The notes: generated by a model from the sequence alone, not told the origin. Positions 31,632 to 43,147 are shown, counted from the first letter of the stretch. The stretch is DNA of 64,000 nt from Blastocladiella emersonii ATCC 22665 (GCA_025594325.1 JANHCV010000011.1:930001-994000), one strand, 5' to 3'. Numbers and translations: made by a program.

Positions 31632-32909
31632 ATGTAAGTCTACTATGCAACCGACACACCCCATGCACCCGAGCTGATCATCCAACTCCGTAGGTCCTCC
31701 GCCCTGTACTCGATCGCGTCGGGCGCCGCGGGCGTCGTCGACTCGGTGTCGCGCAAGGCCATCGGCATGCCCATCTTCTCGGCCGTCGGCGACGCCAAGA
31801 CCTCGGCCCTGGCCCCCGTTGAGTCGGCTGCGGCCGGCGGGCCGACCTCGGTGCTCGAGTCGGTCCAGGAGTGGGCCATCGACAACGGCGCCTACACGGA
31901 CGCGCTGCTGCGCCGCGGGATCCGCACGCTGCTCGCCAAGCGCCTCATCGACCTGCGCGCCGAGTACCACTACGACGACGTTGAGGTGTTCACGGCCAAG
32001 AAGGCCGAGTTCGCGCAGTCGCTGCGCCAGCTGCCCAAGATCGCCATCCACACGGACAAGGCCAACGAGCAGCACTACGAGGTCGACACCGAGTTCTTCC
32101 GCCAGTGCCTCGGCACCCACATGAAGTACTCGTGCTGCCTGTACCCGACGGGCAAGGAGACGCTCGACGAGGCCGAGCGCGCCATGCTCGAGCTCTACTG
32201 CGAGCGCGCCGAGCTCGTCGACGGCATGCACATCCTCGAGCTCGGGTGCGGCTGGGGCTCGCTCTCGCTCTACCTCGCCCAAAAGTACCCGCTGTCCAAG
32301 ATCACGGGCGTCTCCAACTCCAAGACCCAGAAGATCTTCATCGACGCCGAGACCAAGAAGCGCGGCCTCACCAACCTCAAGATTGTCACCGCCGACATCA
32401 ACAACTGGTCCACCACCGAGACCTTCGACCGCGTCATGTCCATTGAGATGTTCGAGCACCTCAAGAACTACGGCACCATCTTCAACCTCATCAACCGCGC
32501 CCTCAAGCCCGACGGCAAGTGCTTCATCCACATCTTCGTCCACCGGGACATGCCGTACCACTTCCAGACGAATGAGGACAACTCGTGGATGGCGCGTTAC
32601 TTCTTCGAGGGCGGCCAGATGCCGTCGGCCGACCTGTTCCCCGTCTACTTCCAGGACACGCTGACCGTCGAGCACCAGTGGGCCGTCAACGGCACCCACT
32701 ACGCCAAGACGTCCCTCCACTGGCTCGAGAACATGGACCGCAACAAGGACAAGTGCATGCCGTGGCTCGAGCGGTGCTACGGCGCTGATGCCGCTGTTGC
32801 CTGGTGGAACCGTTGGAGGGTGTTCTACTTGGCGGTGGCCGATCTTTTTGCCTACAACGGCGGCAACGAGTGGTATGTCCAGCACTACCTGTTCACCAAG
32901 AAGCACTAG
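31632..32909 (+). CDS. CMAS-superfamily SAM methyltransferase, coclaurine N-methyltransferase-like; start codon split by an intron
   Basis: Motifs ANEQHYEVDTEFF, MKYSCCLY, ILELGCGWGS, FDRVMSIEMFEH and WMARYFFEGG. AT(31632-33) + intron 31634-31693 (GTAAGT..CTGAT..TAG) + G forms ATG in frame with the ORF. Confidence 0.9.
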
Positions 32910-33176
32910 GTGGCGGTTGCGCTCTGGGCGCGGCGCGTTGTTGATTCGAACTCTATACAGTAATACCTATATTGTAAACCTCATTGGAAGCTTAGTATTG
33001 AGAGCAGATTCAGGTCCCGATCGAGCGACTTCGGCTGCGGAGAGAGTAGTGGCGTCGCGCGGTCGCGTGAGTGGCGCAACGCGTTTCAGGCACAAGTCCC
33101 GTCGCCGGAGCTCGTCGCTCGCTCGTCGTGTTGCACGCTCTCTCCCGACTGACTATCAATGTAAACCGCAACGACC

Positions 33177-33983
33177 ATGCTATACTACTACGAAAAACAC
33201 GAAAAGCTCCAGGTAACCACGATTGAGTCGTCTCCTGGGGAGCTCTCAGCGAAACTTGGTGAGGCGCTTGAATCGCTTAGACAGCTCCTACGGGTGGAAA
33301 CCAACGTTAAGTTTGTCGACGTCACGCAGACTACTCCCGGAACGAGGCAGCTGATAGTGCACAACCATAGCGACAAAGACGTGTTCTTCCTTGCTTCGTG
33401 CAGGAACCCGTCCATCCGCGACTGATGCCCGGTCCAGTTTCAACAGTCACAGGTCGACACGCTGACCAGTAACTTCTGGTCGACTGTTGTAAATTCAGGG
33501 GAGCCTGTGCCGAACAATCTGCGGTTTGTTGCGTCGCCAAAGAGTTGGGGGGAGCAACCAGCTCACTGACAAGTAAGTTGATCTGCGCTTGACACAGCTT
33601 ACAAGCAAGCTGACGCGCGCGACTTCCGAAATCTCAAGCTCAAATGATGCAGTTGGCCAACCGCGAGGCCTCCGAACAGCTTGTAGCGGCCAGTGACGAC
33701 GGTCAGGACCTGGTCTTGCTCATGGCCGCACGCGCGTCCGCGTGAATTGCGACAGTCGCTGAGCGCTTCTCAACAACAGGGAAGCCTGTCGATGAGCTGC
33801 AGCGCACATTATCCCCATCCCGCAGGTTTCTGACGTGCGCAGCGTGCGTCGGCGCCAGTCTACGGCAGCAACCCGGCCAAAGACCTGACTGTCCCTGTGG
33901 AAGCTGACCCGAGTGCACCGGCAAAATCAGCTGCAGAGAGGATCAAGGCCCTGAAATTCAAGAAGCGGCGCCGTCTCACATAG
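33177..33983 (+). pseudogene. Degenerate paralogue of the orphan gene at 35.0-36.4 kb
   Basis: FLASCRNPSIRD*CPVQFQQSQVDTLTSNFWSTV aligns with FLDSCTHSNVHSVDPVRFARPQLDTLTNNFWSIV. Both end in a basic tail (LKFKKRRRLT* versus LKRKKKRRVA*). In-frame stops present. Confidence 0.6.
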
Positions 33984-34451
33984 CCTCACTTGGTCCTCTC
34001 TCTCTCAGGTTAAACAGACTCGTATCGTGTTCAAGGCGCTGATATTCTCGCGTCACGCCAATCCTGATCGAACACGTGATCTGCATTCAACTGACGGCTG
34101 AGAGTCGCACACAACGTCCTCGCTCTGAGCGAGCCCACCCACACTCCTCATGGAACATGCCAGCAACGAGCCGCGACTGCGTGCAATTTGAGGAAATTGG
34201 ATGGCTTCAATGGGCTCTGGACCTGCTTGCCGACCATGTGCTGGCCGCAGCAACGGCCATCATGGAACTCAACTCACGACTGGCTCAGCTTTTCCGAGCA
34301 ATCCTGTCCATGCCATGCATCGCGCCGTCGTCGCGTCCTCTGGCCATTCCGTCATTGGAGCCCTTGGACTGCAATTCATTGCTTGACGCAGCGTGGCCAG
34401 TTCGCGCTCCGTACTGGCTGCAGAAAAAAAATACGCACGCGTTCTCAGAGG

Positions 34452-34793
34452 GATGAGCCGCAAAGGACATCGCGGACGCGGGCAACATCCCGAGCGCCTC
34501 CGAGTGCAGCAACAAGGCCAACAAGTTCAAGTGTACAGTAACTACGTCGATGGGACGACGGCTGTCCTGAAGCTTATTCGTGCGGCGAGGGTCGAGATCT
34601 ACCTCGATCCTCTTCCCGCTGAATCACGACGAACAGTCCATCGCGCTTCGTGGTGGTGATTTGACTGTGGACCTGACAGCCATGGCGAAAGCAGGCGATG
34701 ACCCGCGAAGGGCATGGCGGACGCGGGCAACGACCCGAGTACCTCAAAGAGCAGCAACAAGGCAGACGAATTTAAGTGCACAGTAAGCTACGT
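34452..34793 (+). repeat. Diverged ~95-bp direct repeat (34452-34547 and 34697-34793), probably a duplicated first exon
   Basis: Both copies read ADAGN.PS.S..SNKA..FKCT followed by GTAA. Only the second copy keeps the ATG (34714); the first has ATC. Confidence 0.7.
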
Positions 34794-36444
34794 GGTGGTA
34801 AAAATTTTACTAAGTAGATCTCATATATGCATATATCGGTTCGGGCAGCGGGCCGACATCGCGCGTCCAAGGACGCGTCGCTCACCTCCGCGTGACACAC
34901 GCAGCCGATTTCGGGAGTCACCCTCGTCGTCTAACCGCGCGCCTGTCTCATCTTCGCTCTCTCTTCGCGCGACGAGCACACCGCTGAGCCAATGGTAACA
35001 CCATGCAATCGACACGAGAGATAGTCTATGAATCGTACATGCAGACTGAGTTTGCGTCGCCCCGGGAGCAACTTTACGTCATGCTTGCGACCGCGCTCAG
35101 CTCCCTTGGCACGCTCGAGCGCGTCGAGATGAACTTGAACGTCCTTGACATGGATGGCAGCGCAGCGGGACCTGGTCGTCGAATCTATATCGAGGTCGCC
35201 TCGTTGAAGGACCGGTACGCCCGTTTCGCCGCAGTAACGGGAAAGTGCAACGACGCACACTGACGGCGCTGCACAGGCGCGACGATTCGGCGATGAACTT
35301 GATGCGCCAGGCCCGCTTGTTCGCGGATGCCGGGGGTCGATGCACCTTTCTTGTCCGCGTCAATCCAATGGTTTCAACCGCTGACGGAGGCTACCTCTTC
35401 CTGGAGCGCGGCCTCGCTCACCACATCAACTCTGCAAAGCTTGGAGACGAGGACCTGCGTATCCGCATCGAGTTTCTGGCCTTCAGCAACATGCTTGCGC
35501 AGTCGGTCGTCGATGCAGTGCTCTGGTTCGTAGGCGCCCCGCTCGACGCACCCCCGCCCCACCGTGTCGCCATGGTTGGCGCGGATTTTGGTGACCTGCG
35601 CCAACTGGGCCTGATTCCCACGGGCGCCGTTGTTCCTCGCGAATTTGTAATGCCGTTCTGTTTCTCGTATGCGATGCCGCCCGAGCACGCGGCCGGCACG
35701 AAGCGGTCCATCACGTACGACTACGGCGGCGAGACTGTATCCTTCCTTGATTCGTGCACGCACTCAAACGTTCACAGCGTTGACCCGGTCCGGTTTGCGC
35801 GGCCACAGCTCGACACGCTGACCAACAACTTCTGGTCGATCGTTGAGCTCAGGGGCTCCGATATCAAGTACTCTGCGAGCTATCGTGCCGTCAAGGACTT
35901 TGGGTGGAGCGACGAGCTTGCTGACGCGTATGACGATGCGCTCGGCACGGCGCACAAGCAGTCTTACGTGCATGGCTTTCGGCCGGTCCAAGCTTACATG
36001 GTGCAGCTGGTCAACCGCGAGGTCACCGAGCATCTCGCAGTGACCAACGGCGATGGCCAAGCCGTGGCCTCGTTCGTGGCTGCTCGCAAGTCCGCGTGGA
36101 TCGCGACCGCCACCAAGCTAGCCAACCTCACACACATCCTTTCTTGCGTCACGGGGAAGCCCGTCGACGAGGTGTTCCCGTCGCACACGGCGCCGGCCGG
36201 CCTCGATCGCGAGTTCCAACGCGTGCACGAACTGCAGCGCGCGATCCCTGTCCCGCGGATCAGCGACGCGCGCGCACGTGCGTCGGCGCCGGTCTATGGC
36301 AGCGACTCGGCCGCCGATCTGACGGCCACCGTGGGCGCTGAGCCAAGCGCGCCGGCGAGCGCACCCACTGCTGGCAGAGCTCCCGTGGCCACTGAGGAGG
36401 GGGCCGAGTCCCTGAAGCGGAAGAAGAAGCGCCGTGTCGCGTAG
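34714..36444 (+). CDS. Orphan multi-exon protein with C-terminal basic NLS-like tail; exon structure uncertain
   Basis: Putative first exon 34714-34782, ORF 35003-35263 and long ORF 35245-36444 ending SLKRKKKRRVA. Lower GC than the flanks; no family recognised. Confidence 0.5.
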
Positions 36445-36721
36445 CGTCGGCCGGTCCGTTCTTTCGGCGATGTACAGATTCAGTCGTGACCTAATCGACG
36501 CAGTGATTTTGTCGCGTTGCGCCATTCTGATCGGAAACGTGACCAGCAACGGCTGGATTGCGCCATCCCGAGCCGGCGGAGAGTTTTCATGCACGCGGGA
36601 GAAGCGAAAGTGGAGCCGCATGACAAAACAGCAACAGGGACTAGGGCCGCGCCGCCTTCCCGACTGGGCCGCCGCGCAGGACTGCTCGCAAACATCAACA
36701 AACCCTGCCGCCGTCCCGCCC

Positions 36722-36728
36722 TATAAAG
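36722..36728 (+). promoter_or_regulatory. TATA-like box of the SQR gene
   Basis: TATAAAG about 77 nt upstream of the ATG at 36805, within GC-rich sequence. Confidence 0.4.
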
Positions 36729-36804
36729 CTCGCCCGCTCCCCCGCCCGCCCCTCGCTCTCTCCCGCATCCTTCGGCGGATCGCACCTCATACCCCGCACC
36801 CGCC

Positions 36805-38659
36805 ATGTCCGCCTCACACACCTCACGCCACCTCTCCACGGCCCTGCGCTCCATGTATGCCCGATCAGCGGGCATAGCGGGCGGAGGCGGTGGCGGAGGT
36901 GGAGGCAGCCGCCCGCGCGCCCTGCTCGCCAGCATGCACGCCGCTGCCGGCACGCCCGCCCTCGCCCGCTACACGGCGTCGGCGGCGTCAGCCTCGTCGC
37001 GCGCACCCACCTCGTCGATCCTCGCCCGCTCGCTCGCCACGGCCACGGCCTCGGTCAAGGCCGCCCCCGCCGCGCCCGTCGCTAAGCCCGACGCCGAGTA
37101 CCGCGTCGTCGTCGTCGGCGCCGGCACCGGCGGCCTCTCGACCGCCACGGCTCTCGCCGAGAACCTGCGCGGCGAGAAGATCGCAATCGTGGACCCTGCT
37201 AAGGAGCACTACAAGTACGTCGTCTTTGTCTGCGACCTTGCGCTCGTCTCGCGCCGTGATGATGTCGGCCGGTCGGTCGCCCGATACGCTATCGCGGTGC
37301 GCCGCCGACCATCGCATGCGCCCTCGCCGCCGCCACTGCCGTCCTTGATCGGAGCGCTAACAACGCCACGTTTCGCCACTCCCTCCCTCTGCTCCGCTTC
37401 GCTCGCCTCCCTCGCATGACAGCCAACCTCTCTGGACCTTTGGTACGCTCCCTCACACCTCGATCCGCTCGCGCACACGACCGGTCCCTGACATTCCCCT
37501 CCTCGCTCCCGCTCCTCTAGTCGGTGGCGGCCTCAAGCCCTACTCTGACTCGGTGGCCCCGCTCTCGTCGCTCATCCCGCGCGGCGTCAAGTGGGAGAAC
37601 TCGGCGGTGACCAAGATCGACCCGGTCGCCAAGCTCGTGCACACGTCTGGCGGCCGCACCCTCGGCTACGACTACCTGGTTCTCGCTCCCGGCATCGTCT
37701 CCAAGTGGGACGCCGTCAAGGGCCTCGAGGCGGCGCTCGCCGACCCGGCCTCGCGCGTCGTCTCCAACTACCACAAGGACCACGTCAAGAAGACGGCCCC
37801 CGCCTTCAAGTCGCTCGACCGCGGCCGAGCAGTCTTCACCATGCCCTCGACCCCCGTCAAGTGTGCCGGCGCCCCGCAGAAGATCGTCTACATTGCCGAA
37901 GAGTACTGGCGCGAGTCCGGCCGACGAGACGCCGTCGACGTCGCCTTCTACACGGGCACCCCCAAGATCTTCGCCATCGACAAGTACGCCGCCGCCCTGA
38001 CCGACGTCTGCACCCGCCGCAACATCCACACCCACTTCCTGCACAACCTGGCCGCCGTCGACACCACCCGCAACGTCGCCACGTTCCAGCGTGTCGCCTC
38101 ACCCGTCCCCGGCAGCCCACCCCCACCGGCAGATCCAGTCGAGGTGCCCTTCGACTTCCTGCACGTCACCCCGCCCATGGGCCCGCCGCCCTTCATCGCC
38201 GAGTCTGGCCTCGGCGACGCGGCCGGGTTCGTCAACGTCGACCGCCACACGCTACAACACGTCGTGTTCCCGTCGGTCTTTTCGCTCGGCGACGCGTCGT
38301 CGGTGCCCACGTCCAAGACCGCGGCCGCCGTCGCGGCCGAGTCGCCCGTCCTCGTCAAGAACCTGCTCGCGCACATGTCGGGCCGCCCGCCACCGGCGTC
38401 GTACGACGGGTACACGAGCTGTCCGCTCGTCACGGGCCGCAAGTCACTGATCCTCGCCGAGTTCTCCGGGTTCACGGGCCAGCCCATGGAGACGTTCCCC
38501 GTCGACCAGGCCGTCGAGTCGCTCGCCCTCTACAAGCTCACGGCCGACGTCCTGCCGCCCGTCTACTGGCGCGGGCTCGTGTCCGGCGGCTGGTGGAAGG
38601 GCCCCGCGCCCGTCCGAGCCGCCCTCAACAAGGTCTTTGGCCACGCGTCGTCCGCGTAA
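36805..38659 (+). CDS. SQOR: Mitochondrial sulfide:quinone oxidoreductase (SQR/Hmt2-like)
   Basis: Motifs VVVVGAGTGG, HYNQPLWTF/VGGG (via 20-nt micro-exon 37423-37442), VKCAGAPQK, VFSLGDASSVPTSKTAAA, YDGYTSCPLVTG and LAEF. Confidence 0.95.
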
Positions 38660-39927
38660 GTGACGCGTGGGGCCAACGGGAGTCGTTCCCGGCTCGCTCG
38701 CTCGTCGTCTTTCTCCTCTCTCGCATCTCCTGGTCTTCTTCGTGTGGGCGCCGTTCGCGTCACCGTCGGGATCGGTTGGTGTGGGGGGTGGGAGGGCGCG
38801 CGTGTGCGAGTAGATTGGAGTTGAGCCGTGTCAACGGGCGCGAGCGCGGCGGCCGGCGGTCGTGGCGGACGTAGTCGATCTACTTTCGGCGGACTGGCGA
38901 CGGCGTGCGGGATCGGCGGCGACGGTGGCGGCGTCATCGGCGGCAGGATCACCTTCAAGGAGAAACAACCACCAACTACTACCACCATCATCACCCAGCA
39001 TCTCTCCCAGCTCAAGTCAAAACGTAGAAACCAAGCATCCTCTCCTCATCCCTCCCTTCCTAGTGCAAGCCCGCGCTCGCGCCCCGCGGCCCGGTTCGAG
39101 TTCGTCTACTCGCCGCGCAGCGGGTGCGCGCAGCTGCAGTTCCTCTCTCGTCTCTCCCCTCTCGTCTCTCGCGCGGCCATTGTGCCAACCGACTTCTCCT
39201 CTCCCAAATCGTCTCCCCCTCCTCCTGCACATACTTCATCATTACCCCCCTCAGCTATATCACAAACTATCTCTTCGTCAAGAATCTACTGGTCTTCGCT
39301 TGAGCTCTCTTGAGGATCGTCGCCAGCTAGCGAACTGAAGGTCGCGATAGCCACCGTGTGATCGTAGGCATGTTCGCGATGGCCACCGTTTGACCGTGGC
39401 CATGGCCGCGGCTTTCGCTCACGCGTTGCCCATCACGATAACCATCACGCCGCCGCGCGTCTGTTCGATTCGTACAGCACGTTGACGGCGGATACGGCGG
39501 GTTCGTACTATGTGCCGCCGAGTCCGCTGGTACTGCCCATGTCCGAAGCGGCAATGATGATGCAGCGGCAGCATCAGTATCAGGCGACATGCGGAGCGGC
39601 CGCGTGGCCAGGGTTTGGGTCGCTGCGCGAGCGGACGGGTCACCGTGCGCTCGGAGGCGATTCTGGGTGAAGGCCGATGTATATACATCCTGCGGTGACG
39701 AACAGTAGGCGAGAGTGAGAAAGAAGGGAGGGAGGTGAGCACCCTCGCTACCCACGAGCTCGTCCATCCATCGGCAGTCACTTTGTGCGCGAGAAGGGCG
39801 AGCGGGAGAGCGAGCGATATCGGCAACATATGGCGTCGGAAACAAGAGCACGAGAGCAACAGCATGAGCGAAGAGCGGCAAGCCGAGGGGGCGAGCGAGA
39901 CGGAGTGAGAAAAATGAAAAAGAACCA

Positions 39928-39999
39928 AGGTCCTACTGAGATTCGAACTCAGGTTACCAGATTCAGAGTCTGGTGTGATGACCGCTACACTATAGGACC
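39928..39999 (-). tRNA. tRNA-Gln(CUG)
   Basis: GGTCCTATAGTGTAGCGGTCATCACACCAGACT-CTG-AATCTGGTAACCTGAGTTCGAATCTCAGTAGGACCT folds into a full cloverleaf; an oligo-T tract follows. Confidence 0.96.
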
Positions 40000-40613
40000 A
40001 TGCTTCGACCTCAAAAGACGCCGGCACCAGCCTCCCCGATACCATCAAACAACCGGCTTCGCTTGGCTCGACCCCGATCGAAACGATGCCCTCCCTCCCT
40101 CCTTCCGCACTCCGTTGCTCACCCGACGCCGAATCAAGTGCGCTCGTACGAGCGAACAAGATGCACACTTGTCGTCGTCGTCGTCGCCGTGTGGTGCGCG
40201 ATCAACGGGGCCAAGACGAGAGGGAGCGGGCAGTTGGAACGCACCGCATTGCCACTGAAGCGGACGGGCGTGCTCACCCTCGTCGGTCCGCTGCGAACGC
40301 AGTTTGCGCGTATAAAAACGAGGAGGCAGGATCACAGTGGTGCTCGGTCCGCAGAACACGGATTGATGGCAAATGTGATCGAGCAAAGCGGACAAGAACT
40401 AGAAGAATATAAAGCGACTACATTAGCAAGTCATCTTAGTATAGTGGTTAGTACTCCACGTTGTGGCCGTGGCGACCCCAGTTCGATTCTGGGAGATGAC
40501 ACCTTTTTTTTTTGGCTTCTGCTACGCTCACTTCACTTCCTCCCTCCCTACTCACTCACTAACTGGTTTGGCTGGCTGGCTGGCGCTAGAGCGCAACGGA
40601 AAACAAAACGTGA

Positions 40614-40685
40614 TGCCGCCTGGGAGGATCGAACACCCGGCCTTTGCTTTACGAGAGCAACGCTCTGCCACTGAGCTAAGGCGGC
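40614..40685 (-). tRNA. tRNA-Thr(CGU), copy 1
   Basis: GCCGCCTTAGCTCAGTGGCAGAGCGTTGCTCT-CGT-AAAGCAAAGGCCGGGTGTTCGATCCTCCCAGGCGGCA; cloverleaf with one T:T mismatch in the T stem. Confidence 0.95.
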
Positions 40686-41377
40686 CTGTGATTGAAGTCC
40701 ACAGTTTCGGATCCTATTTGGGTCAACTGAAGCAATCGGCGCGAAGCAAGCAACTTCCACGAACGTGCTGTACAACAATCAAGCAAGAATCTTTGGCAAC
40801 CGTGCTCAACGAGCGAGCCGTACTCGCCGAGTACGGACTGGATCAAGCGGTCTTTGTCTTTGGCCACATCTGGGAGTCAGTTTGGTTGGTCGCTCAGCTA
40901 CAAACCTCGCTCCTGTGGGATTTCCGCGTTCAAGTAAAGCCATGAAAATTCACGAGCTGTACAGCTAGTCAGAGGGGTGTATTCTTCGATCTGGCCCTGA
41001 ATCATGGCTGGGTGAGGGGATAGAGAATGACAAAATGGAGTATGATGCTGCAGGAGCGCGACTGGTAGCGAGGCGGTTACGGGCGAGAGCATGCGAGATT
41101 AGGTGGACGATCACCACGATCACCACCGCATGAACGACGCGTAACAACCCCCCTGGCCCGCTTCACCCAGTTCTCTAAGCTCAAGAATCTCAGCATGGCC
41201 ACACTGGTCAGCAACTACCGCGATTGGCATGCCGAGCTGAAGAACGAGCGAGTGAAACCGTGGCTTTGGAGGGTTCTAGATCGATTGATTTGTCTCAATC
41301 TAGTTGACCACGTGATGTATCTGCTGATGGAATACGACCTTCGGTCTTTGTTACGCAACAATGACGCAGGAGAGCGA

Positions 41378-41449
41378 GCCGCCTTAGCTCAGTGGCAGAG
41401 CGTTGCTCTCGTAAAGCAAAGGCCGGGTGTTCGATCCTCCCAGGCGGCA
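41378..41449 (+). tRNA. tRNA-Thr(CGU), copy 2, identical to copy 1 and inverted
   Basis: Same 72-nt sequence, followed by TTTTT. Confidence 0.95.
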
Positions 41450-41780
41450 GTACTTTTTCTCCTTTGTCTTGATCGCATGAGCGAGCATGTGCGCACCTTT
41501 TGCTCTTCCCTCGAGCTTGCGAACTTGTTGGACCAGTCTCTCAAACTTGATGGCAGTTGTTTTTGACCACGCCTCGTGCGCACAGTGCACGCTCTCCCAA
41601 TGCAGTGTGTTTGCTCATCTTGTAGCCATAAAGACACAACGTTGTTGCCCTGGGCTTCCCGCGCGATGTTCACGGGAATGATCTCGCTGTCACCCTTGTC
41701 ATCGTTCCCCATGCCGGTACCCCCAGCACGTCAAAGGTCCACCTGCTCAGGCGTTGCGCTGTTGTCAGCCTCCAAATTGT

Positions 41781-41957
41781 TAGTGTCACGGTTCAGTGAT
41801 CCAACAGCTCGGGCTGGTGGCGCGGGCTGGTGGCGCAGTCCCTCATAAGCCGAGCGTTGCCCTCGCTCTCCCTCTCTCTTGTCATTCGTGATACAATCCT
41901 TCATTATCCGGCTAGTCATTCCTCGTGGCGCAAGACCCTCCCCCTCGGCACCTTACA
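41781..41957 (+). repeat. 5' LTR
   Basis: TAGTGTCACGG...CCTTACA; differs from the 3' LTR at 5 positions. Confidence 0.95.
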
Positions 41958-42011
41958 CTTTGTATCACCGTAAAACCCCCTCCAAGCGGTGATTTCTTCC
42001 ACGACGGCAAG

Positions 42012-43088
42012 ATGATAACGCCGGCACAGTTCCTCAAAAAACTGGCGACGTTTGACGTTGCGGCCATCGTCCCCAAGTACCAGCTTGCGCCGTGGCACAA
42101 CCTGGTCATGCCGTACAAGGACAAAGCCAAGCTCGTCTTCCTCGCGCTCAACGTCGCCAGCGACTACTGGCAACTGGGAGTGCCAACCGAGGCCCACGCG
42201 GTCGCGGCTGAGCGGCGTGCTGAGACGGCGGAGCGCCGCGCGTATGCGCTCAAGGTCAAGCTGCGGCAGACGCAGCAGAGCCAGCCGCTCAACGGTATCC
42301 TGCAGGGCGAGCTTGATAGCATCCAGGTCAGCAGCGCGCGCAGGCCGGGCGTGGGCGTTGATGGCTTCACGCTGGCCGCAATGCACGCGCTGATGCGCAT
42401 GAAGTTGGTTGACGGCGTCAACTTCAAGGTCAAGAGCGCCATCACGCAGTACGAGAGTATCCTCCAGCTCACGTTCAACGTCCCAGAGCAGTTCAAGGTT
42501 GCGCACTTCCACGGCAAGCTGACGGGCAAGGTGCTCAAGGCCATGGAGCTGGCAATGGCCGGGTCCAAGTTCGAGGACTACGGCTTGTTCAACGCCTACA
42601 TCTCCCTTGTCAAGTCGACGCAGCCAGCCGAGAAGTTGGAGACCAAGTACGCGCATGAGCTCAAGAACCTCAAGTACGTGCGCAGCGCCATGCCAGCGCG
42701 CGATTTTGTCTCCAAGTTCCGCCAGACCGCGTCCGGTGCAGGCTACTGCGCGCTCAGCAAGCTGGCAATGCAGTTCTACCTGGTGGTCACGGCCGGCAAC
42801 TCGCCGCTGGCCACAGACGTGGCCTTCGCCTCGCTGCGCAAGGGCTGCTGTTTTGACAAGATGGTCAAGCACTTCCTGGTGCACGAGGGCGGGGCGGCGG
42901 GCGTCGCGGCCGAGCTCGTCCCAGACCCAGACGCCATGGACGTTGGCGCGATTTGGCAGCGGGCGGCGGCGCACCAGGGCCGCGCCCTCACCAACATCAA
43001 GTGCTACAACTGCAAGGGCTACGGCCACAAGGCGGCTGATTGCCCGTCGCCCCCACGCTTGTCGTCGGGAAACGCCAGTCGGGCGTAG
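42012..43088 (+). CDS. gag: Gag with CCHC zinc knuckle
   Basis: Open frame directly after the LTR/PBS, containing CYNCKGYGHKAADC. Confidence 0.85.
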   Translation: MITPAQFLKKLATFDVAAIVPKYQLAPWHNLVMPYKDKAKLVFLALNVASDYWQLGVPTEAHAVAAERRAETAERRAYALKVKLRQTQQSQPLNGILQGELDSIQVSSARRPGVGVDGFTLAAMHALMRMKLVDGVNFKVKSAITQYESILQLTFNVPEQFKVAHFHGKLTGKVLKAMELAMAGSKFEDYGLFNAYISLVKSTQPAEKLETKYAHELKNLKYVRSAMPARDFVSKFRQTASGAGYCALSKLAMQFYLVVTAGNSPLATDVAFASLRKGCCFDKMVKHFLVHEGGAAGVAAELVPDPDAMDVGAIWQRAAAHQGRALTNIKCYNCKGYGHKAADCPSPPRLSSGNASRA

Positions 43089-43147
43089 CAGAGCAGGCCG
43101 CGACGTCCTCAAAGCCAAAACCTGCGGATTTGGGTGGTACAACAGCG

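Noticed and set aside
33072-36524. 12-bp inverted match (TGGCGCAACGCG at 33072 / CGCGTTGCGCCA at 36513) as TIRs around the low-GC island
   Set aside because: Too short and GC-rich, no TSD, and no transposase recognised inside.
39327-39881. Minus-strand ORF as a protein gene
   Set aside because: No recognisable motifs, weak codon bias and ambiguous splice signals; left unannotated.
40700-41370. Coding fragments between the two tRNA-Thr genes
   Set aside because: Short, discontinuous frames with no identifiable family; possibly decayed mobile DNA.
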